Source: a virus
Lineage: Duplodnaviria > Caudoviricetes
DNA: 25,513 nucleotides
Virus record (IMG/VR): IMGVR_UViG_3300020335_000027
Coordinates: 1-25,513 of that record
Strand: one strand, 5' to 3'
The notes under the pieces were generated by a model. That model did no database searches and was not told the origin of the DNA. It saw nothing but the letters and a program-made list of their open reading frames with translations. This document shows, piece after piece, positions 7,939 to 14,911 of the stretch (positions are counted from its first letter, which is position 1; every line of letters starts with the position of its first letter). A program made the position numbers and the translations under genes.

Positions 7939-8573
7939 GATGACATCCTTTCTTTCCGAGCGGCTGTTAACCGATCATAGCTTTTCTTCCAGACTTCTGG
8001 AGATTTGATATTCGATGACTCGGTAACTTTTAACTTCTTTTCTTTGAAGCAAGCTTTGAGATAAGCAGCATTTTCGCTACTCATAAAACGAGAAACCAGT
8101 TTAAGAAGAGTGATACGAAAGCGTACATCATGGTGCATATTGCCTGCGCTATGTGCCATCTCATGGAGAAGAACATATTGATTTAAACCGCTTCTACGAT
8201 TAAGATCAATATTATGAGCCCATGCACGGCCAGCTGTTCTGCTACCAGACATTTCAGCCAAAGCAATATTTCTTACACCGGCAGTTGATATTTTTTTCCA
8301 AGTCTTTGAAGCTAAAACTTTGTCACAATATTTTTGAGCTTCTTCAAGATTTTGAAACTTTTTACCCTGACCATAAGTACGTTCGTACTTAAACTCAGCA
8401 CTATAAACTTTTGATTTGTCTGAGTCACGAGAATATTTACCGTTCTTACGACCAGTTTTAATCAAAGTTTCTTTCTTATTTACATAGTCAAGAAACTTCA
8501 TAATAGTATCATCGTCCCAACCTTTACCTTTGAGATCAACTACAACTGGCTTTTGATAAGAGTGATAAATCAT
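7935..8573 (-). CDS. HExxH metallohydrolase (SprT-like/Rv0185-like)
   Basis: KVYSAEF motif and YVLLHEMAH....HH..RFR..LL.LVSRFM. Confidence 0.75.
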   Translation of the reverse strand: MIYHSYQKPVVVDLKGKGWDDDTIMKFLDYVNKKETLIKTGRKNGKYSRDSDKSKVYSAEFKYERTYGQGKKFQNLEEAQKYCDKVLASKTWKKISTAGVRNIALAEMSGSRTAGRAWAHNIDLNRRSGLNQYVLLHEMAHSAGNMHHDVRFRITLLKLVSRFMSSENAAYLKACFKEKKLKVTESSNIKSPEVWKKSYDRLTAARKERMSS

Positions 8574-8743
8574 AATTCATTCCTTTGCATTTCTACAATC
8601 ATATCCAATTCGATACTGTCGGCTTTATCATCAAAAAGTTCTGATAGAGCCAGGATACGACCCGCTGGAATTGGATCTTCTGATGATTGCGTGTTGGCGA
8701 TTAGCTTCCGAAGCATCTGAGAAATTTCACGATATTCTTGCAT
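8570..8743 (-). CDS. Small hypothetical protein (57 aa, MQEYREISQMLRKLIA...)
   Basis: Read by hand. AAGGAG RBS, first gene after promoter copy 5, ATGA coupling. Confidence 0.7.
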   Translation of the reverse strand: MQEYREISQMLRKLIANTQSSEDPIPAGRILALSELFDDKADSIELDMIVEMQRNEL

Positions 8744-8766
8744 TATGATCTCCTTATCATGGTACC

Positions 8767-8848
8767 TTTATACCACAATATGAAGAGAATGTACAACAAA
8801 AAATGCGCAGTTAAGCGCATTAATTTAAAGTGTAATATATTTGTTACA
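8767..8848 (-). promoter_or_regulatory. Early promoter copy 5, with upstream hairpin and 18-bp operator
   Basis: TGTACA-N17-TATAAA. Hairpin at 8802-8821. TGTAATATATTTGTTACA at 8831-8848. Confidence 0.78.
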
Positions 8849-8849
8849 G

Positions 8850-9098
8850 CTAACCTTTATAGATTTTTGTAAGATGCGTTTCAAATGATTCAACTTTTGC
8901 AAGTCTATCCGGCCAAAGAATGTATTCTTTTTCAGGATTTTTCTTTAGATTATTTAATAGTGGAATAATTGCGTTATACAAATCGTCTAATCTTGTTTGA
9001 CTTGATTCAGCATCAACGGCTGAATTCATAGCTTGTTTTGAAACTTCTAATTCATCTTCGGTAACAGCTGTAAAGCCAAAATCAAACATATCACTCAT
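8850..9098 (-). CDS. Conserved T4-like hypothetical protein
   Basis: Motif FDFGFTAV...PLLNNLKKNPEKEYILWPDR. Confidence 0.8.
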   Translation of the reverse strand: MSDMFDFGFTAVTEDELEVSKQAMNSAVDAESSQTRLDDLYNAIIPLLNNLKKNPEKEYILWPDRLAKVESFETHLTKIYKG

Positions 9099-9297
9099 CG
9101 GTAGTTCCTCTATCTTTTAATATATCTTTCATAGTATCGGATGCTGTAGTAGTAAATAGACTTGGAACAACACTATGAACAAGCAAAAGTGGTACTAATG
9201 CCTGTAATTTAACTGCAATTGTTACTGCATTATACATATGATCTATTGCGGTTTCATTTACCTCATTTAAATGTGATTGACATTGCTTGCTAAACAT
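9091..9297 (-). CDS. Small protein, DUF6356-like
   Basis: Pattern HL.EVNET..DHM...LLVHSVVPSLFTTTASD. Confidence 0.6.
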   Translation of the reverse strand: MFSKQCQSHLNEVNETAIDHMYNAVTIAVKLQALVPLLLVHSVVPSLFTTTASDTMKDILKDRGTTDE

Positions 9298-9502
9298 TAG
9301 TGGTATCCTCTATTTCTTTATATCTTCTAGCTATGTACGCATGATAACTTTCTTGTTTTTCAACTGGTGTAACACTTAAATCCATTAGCTTGCTTCTTTG
9401 TTGTGCTTCATGCATGTTTCGTCTGAAATTTTTTGATCGTTCAATATGATAATAATCAGACATTTGTCTACTCAATTCAATTTCAATTTCAGCTTCAGTC
9501 AT
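9290..9502 (-). CDS. Hypothetical protein (70 aa)
   Basis: Overlap-coupled ORF. Confidence 0.65.
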   Translation of the reverse strand: MTEAEIEIELSRQMSDYYHIERSKNFRRNMHEAQQRSKLMDLSVTPVEKQESYHAYIARRYKEIEDTTNV

Positions 9503-9771
9503 ACCATTTCGCCTTCTGGTTTCTTTTCTTTGTTTTTATTAATTATTGGAACCCTTTTCATAGGATCACCACCTTTTTCTACGCATCCAATTTCTAATGC
9601 TTTCCATGTATTTTCGCCATAAGTATTATTTAATTTTGATATTAGCGATTGAGATAGTTCTACAATATTTTGTGTTGTCATTTGGACGCATTGAGCTTTA
9701 CTATGATATTGTGTTCCTTCAAAGACAAATCTCTCATTCGGCTCTACAAGCAAAAAAAGCGAGTATAGCAT
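9499..9771 (-). CDS. Hypothetical exported protein with two Cys
   Basis: Start moved to ATG 9771 to avoid overlap. Hydrophobic N-terminus. Confidence 0.6.
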   Translation of the reverse strand: MLYSLFLLVEPNERFVFEGTQYHSKAQCVQMTTQNIVELSQSLISKLNNTYGENTWKALEIGCVEKGGDPMKRVPIINKNKEKKPEGEMV

Positions 9772-9781
9772 CCATACGCCG

Positions 9782-10231
9782 TTACCCACCGTCTCTGCCG
9801 CCAGCAATAAAGTCAGTGCCAACTGTTATAAGACATGTATAGCCACTTTGGCTTACAACCATAGACCATTTACCACTATCCATATTTACATAAAAAGATA
9901 CAGGGGCTGTGAATGGTTGAGCAAACTGTGGAGGACGACCAGGAGGAATCATATACAATACGCCTGCTGCATCAAATAGTTTTTTCTCACCATATCCTTC
10001 TAGCAAGTTGATTACATATTCTGTATTATCACACGGAATTCTCATTGCCTGCTGGGTCGGATTTCTTGGAAGTTCTGTAGGTGGAGCCGCATAGTTTTTA
10101 TCTTTTTTGTCATTTAATGTATTAGGCGCTGAGGGTTCTAAATACAGTTCTGGATCTGCTTTTACTGATATACTCGCTGTACATGACGTAACAATGAATA
10201 CTGCACTTGCTAATAATACTTTTTTAAACAT
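9782..10231 (-). CDS. Putative lipoprotein/exported protein
   Basis: Signal peptide MFKKVLLASAVFIVTSC ending in a lipobox-like Cys, followed by a Pro-rich linker. Confidence 0.7.
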   Translation of the reverse strand: MFKKVLLASAVFIVTSCTASISVKADPELYLEPSAPNTLNDKKDKNYAAPPTELPRNPTQQAMRIPCDNTEYVINLLEGYGEKKLFDAAGVLYMIPPGRPPQFAQPFTAPVSFYVNMDSGKWSMVVSQSGYTCLITVGTDFIAGGRDGG

Positions 10232-10379
10232 TTGTTAATTCCTTAATTCTTTTTATATAAGCATACTTTTCTTTCACTTCTTCTTTTATTTGTTTTCTCA
10301 ATATTTCTATTTCATTTGCTTGTTGCAAAAGTATTTTACGATAGCGTTCAGCTTCTGTATCGTCTGTTAACTGCACCAT
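10224..10379 (-). CDS. Small coiled-coil protein (51 aa, MVQLTDDTEAERYRKILLQQ...)
   Basis: Read by hand. AAGGAG RBS. Confidence 0.7.
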   Translation of the reverse strand: MVQLTDDTEAERYRKILLQQANEIEILRKQIKEEVKEKYAYIKRIKELTNV

Positions 10380-10397
10380 AATTATACTCCTTCAACT

Positions 10398-10673
10398 CTA
10401 ATGTATATATTTGCTTTGTGAAGCCATTATCATATCTTCAATACTAGCTTTTTCAGTTCGAATAAATGGACTTATACTATCTCGACTTTTACTAATTTCG
10501 TCAATCATAGCCTGATAGTCATCATCTTTTAATATTGATTTATAAATACTTAACGAACAAGCAGCCAATATGCCGGCAACTAATTCAGGTTCATTACCCT
10601 CATCCATTAATTTACAGCTAATATAATTTATAATCTCTGTCATTCTTTCCATGTCCATATCATCTCTTTTCAT
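10398..10673 (-). CDS. Hypothetical protein (91 aa)
   Basis: TAATG coupling with the upstream ORF. Confidence 0.7.
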   Translation of the reverse strand: MKRDDMDMERMTEIINYISCKLMDEGNEPELVAGILAACSLSIYKSILKDDDYQAMIDEISKSRDSISPFIRTEKASIEDMIMASQSKYIH

Positions 10674-11032
10674 TATGGTAACCCATCCACATATATTGTA
10701 GATCCTAAATATTGATCTCCTCGAACAATTGTGCTACCTCGATATAGTCTCCCATAACTTTGAGCCTGCCAAAAAACTGTTCGAACTTTATAGCATCTTT
10801 TGTTATTATTATTTAATGATGATAGCGCGGCCCCGGCAATCGCGCCTCGGTCATTTCCAGTAATTATTTTTCCGAGTGCAGCTCCAACGATTATAGAGGT
10901 TAAAAAATTAGAATTATCTTCACACTGATAACCATTATTTTGAATATGCGTCACATGAGCTAATCTTGTCGCAGCGCTACTAGACGTTGCGATGAATGTT
11001 AATGCTGAGCACATTAATATTAGTTTTCTCAT
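10673..11032 (-). CDS. Glycine-zipper 2TM-like exported protein
   Basis: Signal peptide ending SSA, and motif IIVGAALGKIITGNDRGAIAGAAL. Confidence 0.7.
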   Translation of the reverse strand: MRKLILMCSALTFIATSSSAATRLAHVTHIQNNGYQCEDNSNFLTSIIVGAALGKIITGNDRGAIAGAALSSLNNNNKRCYKVRTVFWQAQSYGRLYRGSTIVRGDQYLGSTIYVDGLP

Positions 11033-11057
11033 TTATATCTCCATTTTATCTCATATA

Positions 11058-11086
11058 ATTATATCATATTTTTGTACAAAAGTAAA
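11058..11086 (-). promoter_or_regulatory. Sigma70-like promoter
   Basis: TTTACT-N17-TATAAT upstream of the ATG at 11032. Confidence 0.65.
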
Positions 11087-11089
11087 TAA

Positions 11090-11167
11090 CTATTTGTGTA
11101 AAACAGACACCCAGTGAGTGCAGTCGTCACAGGGGTCGTCAATCAACCAATTTGCAGGAAAATCCAA
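11090..11167 (-). CDS. Putative 25-aa peptide (MDFPANWLIDDPCDDCTHWVSVLHK)
   Basis: TTG start with AGGAG RBS, and a CxxC-x-H motif. Confidence 0.45.
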   Translation of the reverse strand: MDFPANWLIDDPCDDCTHWVSVLHK

Positions 11168-11185
11168 AAGTAGTCTCCTGGATCT

Positions 11186-11953
11186 CTACTCTTTCATATT
11201 TTTTATATTCTCTATGTAACAATCCATACTATGATCGCTAAAGTTATCTATTTTTAATTTTATAATACCAGCAGCCATGCCTTTTAATCTATCCCAAAAT
11301 CTTTTTAAACCAGATACATTTACAAATTCTCCATTAGAATTCATATAATGCTCTGTTCCATGGTGTCTATAGCCCATCATTACCAAGGGCACGCGTGTAA
11401 CAACATCGTTATTATTTACGAATCTATGATGAATTACACCAAGAGAATTACAATATTTTTTAAATCCTACGCGAGGAGAACCGAATGTATATAACTCAAC
11501 TGGATCTTTTAGGAATAAATTATGTAAGCACCGTGACGACATGATAGTTGCCATACCAGCACCAAGAGAATGCCCGCAAAACCAAAGTGTTTTACTATTA
11601 TTTTGTTTTCTATTTAGATCTTCGCATATAGCTGGCCAAAGCTCATCAACTTCGGCTTTAAATCCTTTATGAACTCGGGAAACAGTTTCAGCCATTACTG
11701 GAATAGATTGTAAATCAGCTTTAATATCATTAAATTCTGTAGGCTGAGTTCCTCGGCAAGCAATGATACAATCATACTTATTCATAAATCTATATGCCTG
11801 TGCGCCATTGACATCATAAAATTCAATTGTATTGAATTCGAGCCTGCGCGCAGCGGCCTTAGCTTCTTTAAGGCCGGAGTACGCAATTGCTGATAGTTGA
11901 GCAAACAGGAGGCTTCTGGCTTTAAAACTTAATTGATTTATTGGTTGTGCCAT
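11186..11953 (-). CDS. Class 3 lipase (alpha/beta hydrolase)
   Basis: IACRGT, VHKGF, nucleophile elbow GHSLGAG, YTFGSPRVG, NNNDVVTRVP, and DHSM catalytic His. Confidence 0.92.
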   Translation of the reverse strand: MAQPINQLSFKARSLLFAQLSAIAYSGLKEAKAAARRLEFNTIEFYDVNGAQAYRFMNKYDCIIACRGTQPTEFNDIKADLQSIPVMAETVSRVHKGFKAEVDELWPAICEDLNRKQNNSKTLWFCGHSLGAGMATIMSSRCLHNLFLKDPVELYTFGSPRVGFKKYCNSLGVIHHRFVNNNDVVTRVPLVMMGYRHHGTEHYMNSNGEFVNVSGLKRFWDRLKGMAAGIIKLKIDNFSDHSMDCYIENIKNMKE

Positions 11954-11986
11954 AATAGTATTACCTTGTATTCTTTTAGATAATAC

Positions 11987-11994
11987 TATTTATA
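11987..11994 (-). promoter_or_regulatory. T4-type late promoter TATAAATA (lipase)
   Basis: Exact TATAAATA on the minus strand in the intergenic gap, 33 nt before the lipase ATG. Confidence 0.65.
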
Positions 11995-11997
11995 TAT

Positions 11998-12189
11998 TTA
12001 CTCGCTTAGAAAGACTGCTTGTCCCTTAATGACTCCGCCTTCCTCACGAAGTTCAGCTTTTGCTTTTTTTTCGTCTTCTAACTTTTTAATCTTAGCTGCT
12101 TGATCTCTAATAATTTTTTGTTGTGTTTCAATATCCATAAATTGTTTATCCAATTCTGATGTTTGAGGAAATTCAATAATTTTACTCAT
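11998..12189 (-). CDS. Small coiled-coil hypothetical protein
   Basis: AAGGAG RBS. Confidence 0.7.
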   Translation of the reverse strand: MSKIIEFPQTSELDKQFMDIETQQKIIRDQAAKIKKLEDEKKAKAELREEGGVIKGQAVFLSE

Positions 12190-12228
12190 TCACTATCTCC
12201 TTATAATATATACTATTCTATATATATT

Positions 12229-12338
12229 TGGCTCCAAGGGCAGGATTCGAACCTGCACGAATATAAATATTCTTTTGCTAAGACTATATATTCACAGCAT
12301 AAACAGTGCTGCGTGTCTACCTATTCCACCACCTTGGA
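12229..12338 (-). tRNA. Non-canonical tRNA-Asn(GTT) with a 38-nt variable arm
   Basis: Acceptor TCCAAGG/CCTTGGA-G-CCA. D-arm GTGGAATAGGTAGACAC. Anticodon arm CAGCA-CTGTTTA-TGCTG. T-arm GCAGG-TTCGAAT-CCTGC. Confidence 0.88.
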
Positions 12339-12344
12339 TTATTC

Positions 12345-13169
12345 TTATTTTTTAAGAGTATCAAGCGCACTAATCATGCGGGTCATACCAATTCCTCCAC
12401 CAACTCTTGGAAAGAAATCAAATTCAAGAAACTTTTCAAGTTCAGCTTCAACACGATCTTTACCAAATAACTGGTTAATAAGACCGGCATATTCACCATT
12501 TGAAATAGTGTGGAATGTGTCTCGCATTTGGTCTTTATCAGTGCTACGCTCAGCACTACCAATTGTTTCCATGCCACCAAGGATAACATCAATCTTCTTA
12601 CTTGTACCATCTTCATTTCTTGACATATTCCAAAATGGGCTTGTAAATTCTGGAAAGTCTGTAATCATACAACTATTAAAACCGGCTTGCATCGCTAGTT
12701 CGTGCTGCGCATCTAATTCAGTTGTAGCACTTAAGCCATAATGCTGTTGCCACTCTCTGTATGTTTTTTCTGTTAAATCATCGAATCCTAGATGGGCACA
12801 CAGTTGCCTTTCCATTACTCTGAGATCATTAATATCTCCTGGCATTTCGAATTCAAACATCGGGAAAATCGTGTCATGTCTGCCTGGAATTGCATTCGGT
12901 TCTTGTCTGTAAGAAGTCGAGATACAAAAAAACCCCTTCGAAGAGGGGCGAGTTAATAATTCATATTCCAACCACATTTGGCCAGTCTGCGGAAGAGGCC
13001 AAACTTGCCCTTCGTAGTTATATGTTGCAACATTTTCTGGATCTTCGCATGCTGCTAAAATGCTTAAACGGTTCTGCGTATGTACTTCATGGAAGCCTCT
13101 ATTTAAAAAAAATGACCTTAAAAGGTCAACGGCTTTTGTAAATTTTTGTGGATCAATCAATTGTGTCAC
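12345..13169 (-). CDS. Class IIb aaRS catalytic-domain-only protein (AsnRS2/archaeal-type asparagine synthetase-like)
   Basis: Motif 1 LRSFF...GFHEVHT, motif 2 STSYRQE....GRH...FPMFEFE, DVILGGMETIGSAER, and motif 3 GGGIGMTR. No N-terminal OB anticodon-binding domain. Likely GTG start at 13169 (GAGAGGA RBS). Confidence 0.88.
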   Translation of the reverse strand: MTQLIDPQKFTKAVDLLRSFFLNRGFHEVHTQNRLSILAACEDPENVATYNYEGQVWPLPQTGQMWLEYELLTRPSSKGFFCISTSYRQEPNAIPGRHDTIFPMFEFEMPGDINDLRVMERQLCAHLGFDDLTEKTYREWQQHYGLSATTELDAQHELAMQAGFNSCMITDFPEFTSPFWNMSRNEDGTSKKIDVILGGMETIGSAERSTDKDQMRDTFHTISNGEYAGLINQLFGKDRVEAELEKFLEFDFFPRVGGGIGMTRMISALDTLKK

Positions 13170-13206
13170 GAATATTTCCTCTCTATATGCAATGCTCAAT
13201 TGACAT

Positions 13207-13214
13207 TATTTATA
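13207..13214 (-). promoter_or_regulatory. T4-type late promoter TATAAATA (AsnRS-like gene plus tRNA)
   Basis: Exact TATAAATA in the intergenic gap. Confidence 0.6.
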
Positions 13215-13231
13215 CCGGAAAACGCTAAGTT

Positions 13232-13921
13232 CTAAGATAAAATATTTTTTATTTTCCATGGCGTAAAACATACTGATCCAAGGCTTACGTAATTAGCACC
13301 TCGATTAAAATAATTTTCAGCATCTTTTTTTGTAGTCACACCTCCACCAGCGATGATCGTTACATGAGGATATTTTGTTTTAATATATTCGATAATTCTA
13401 TTTGTATATGGTATTAATATTGTTCCGCTTTGGCCGCCATGAATAGAATATAAAGTATTACTAGCATGAATTTGACTGTATCCAGAATCAACTATTTGAT
13501 CAATAAGGCTTTCTGTTGCAGTAGGAGGTATTTTGCAAATACACCAATCTCTATTAGTTGATGGCCATAAGTCAAATCCTGGTAAACTAACTGCTCCAAC
13601 ATCTTTATCTAAATTAGGACAACTAATATTAATTTCTAAAGAAGTATTACTTGGAACAATGCTATCTAGATTAATCCAATCCCAATGATCAATAGCTGCT
13701 AAGCTTAAAACATCATTGGGACCAGATCTTTTTAGTCCTTCTTTTATTCCGGCATTCCTCAGACCTATTTTATTTCGCCATCCATCCTTAGTATAACGAA
13801 GTGTTTTTAAGATCTGAGGAAATAGCCCTGGGCGATTCTGATAAGTCCAGCTTCCAGTTACGCTAATCGCATTTGATAGTTTTATATAATTTCCAAATGG
13901 AGCAGCAATAAAATATTTCAT
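13232..13921 (-). CDS. pyrD: Dihydroorotate dehydrogenase-like FMN TIM-barrel protein
   Basis: NKIGLRNAG, EINISCPN catalytic Cys loop, NTL, GGQSG, IIAGGGV and GANYVSLGS. Shorter than cellular PyrD. Confidence 0.8.
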   Translation of the reverse strand: MKYFIAAPFGNYIKLSNAISVTGSWTYQNRPGLFPQILKTLRYTKDGWRNKIGLRNAGIKEGLKRSGPNDVLSLAAIDHWDWINLDSIVPSNTSLEINISCPNLDKDVGAVSLPGFDLWPSTNRDWCICKIPPTATESLIDQIVDSGYSQIHASNTLYSIHGGQSGTILIPYTNRIIEYIKTKYPHVTIIAGGGVTTKKDAENYFNRGANYVSLGSVCFTPWKIKNILS

Positions 13922-14118
13922 TCAAAATGCTTACTTAACATTTCAAGACGTTCACTTGCATGACCCATAGTGCTAAGCTCTTTTTGCATAGCCTCTACAA
14001 CATCACTATGTTCGCCAATGCCAGTAGGATTATTTAAATAAACCATAAAATTAGTTTTAGCTCTTTCAAGCTCACCTTCGGCATGCATACGACATGCTTT
14101 GATCAATTGTTCTTTCAC
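13918..14118 (-). CDS. Conserved phage hypothetical protein (NP.GIGEHSD motif)
   Basis: GTGA/ATGA coupled. Motif YLNNPTGIGEHSDVVEA. Confidence 0.75.
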   Translation of the reverse strand: MKEQLIKACRMHAEGELERAKTNFMVYLNNPTGIGEHSDVVEAMQKELSTMGHASERLEMLSKHFE

Positions 14119-14465
14119 TTAACTATCTCCCCTAGTGGAATTACATCTTTTGAATCGATATAATCGTTTGGTGTATATTTTCTTACATTGACTTCTTTTA
14201 TCATTAACCCATCACGCATTTTATACGTAATAAATTCTTGTCTAATTACTCCTTCTGTTGATGCTTCAAATGCAGATTTAAATGGGCCAGACGTGTCTAC
14301 ATCTGATGTAGTAATTGCTTTTCCACTTATAGAGAAAGCATAATCAGTCATATCATAAAGAGTGTCTACCATATAGCTTTGTTCATGTTTATTATGTTCG
14401 CCATGTCCCCAACCAGAATAGTATTTTGGTGGAACAATATCATTTGGTCCAATCGATTTAGTCAT
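14115..14465 (-). CDS. Hypothetical protein (116 aa)
   Basis: Overlap-coupled ORF. Confidence 0.7.
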   Translation of the reverse strand: MTKSIGPNDIVPPKYYSGWGHGEHNKHEQSYMVDTLYDMTDYAFSISGKAITTSDVDTSGPFKSAFEASTEGVIRQEFITYKMRDGLMIKEVNVRKYTPNDYIDSKDVIPLGEIVK

Positions 14466-14725
14466 GCTTGTATGTCCACTGATTTTCTAGTCGACCCTTC
14501 GACTGGTTGGGGTTCACTCTTAATTTTACCAGATGAGTTATATGTTTCAGCTGCAGCATCATAAGATTGTTTCATTTCTCTATGATTTTCTACAGTTTTT
14601 TCTACCCAGTTTCTTTGTTTTACTGCTAAATCCATTTGTATTTCTTTTGCCGCTTGAGTCTTTACTATTAATTCAAGTGGTTGAGTTGCGTAATGATGTG
14701 AATAACCTGGTCCTTTTATATCCAT
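14462..14725 (-). CDS. Hypothetical protein (87 aa)
   Basis: AAGGA RBS; follows the tRNA pair. Confidence 0.7.
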   Translation of the reverse strand: MDIKGPGYSHHYATQPLELIVKTQAAKEIQMDLAVKQRNWVEKTVENHREMKQSYDAAAETYNSSGKIKSEPQPVEGSTRKSVDIQA

Positions 14726-14744
14726 TTTATATCCTTTTAATTAT

Positions 14745-14820
14745 TGGTGTTCGGAGTAGGATTTGAACCTACGATCAACCCGTTATGAGCGGGGGGCTTT
14801 AACCGCTAAGCTATCCGAAC
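14745..14820 (-). tRNA. tRNA with CAT anticodon (probably Ile2/lysidine type; Met not excluded)
   Basis: Acceptor GTTCGGA/TCCGAAC-A-CCA, loop CTCATAA, T-loop TTCAAAT. Has C4:G69 and lacks initiator features (no C1xA72 mismatch, no GGG/CCC). Confidence 0.88.
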
Positions 14821-14825
14821 TTTAC

Positions 14826-14911
14826 TGGTGCTCCCACCCGGACTTGAACCGGGACGGCCTATGGCCAACAGATTTTAAGTCTGGCGTGTCTACCTATTCC
14901 ACCATGGGAGC
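14826..14911 (-). tRNA. trnL: tRNA-Leu(TAA)
   Basis: Acceptor GCTCCCA/TGGGAGC-A-CCA, loop CTTAAAA, variable arm GGCC-ATA-GGCC, T-arm CCCGG-TTCAAGT-CCGGG. Confidence 0.95.

Noticed and set aside
12262-12269. Plus-strand TATAAATA inside the tRNA variable arm (also 10541-10548 on + and 21463-21470 on - inside an ORF)
   Set aside because: These are antisense or intragenic, and such matches are expected by chance in AT-rich DNA.
12257-12294. Extra tRNA sequence interpreted as an intron or as tRNA-Sec
   Set aside because: It lies after the anticodon stem rather than at 37/38, with no bulge-helix-bulge or group I core visible. The acceptor stem is 7 bp and the anticodon is GTT, not TCA.
12163-12741. 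192-aa plus-strand ORF
   Set aside because: It is antisense to the AsnRS-like gene and the tRNA-Asn, has a TTG start without RBS, and is a shadow ORF.
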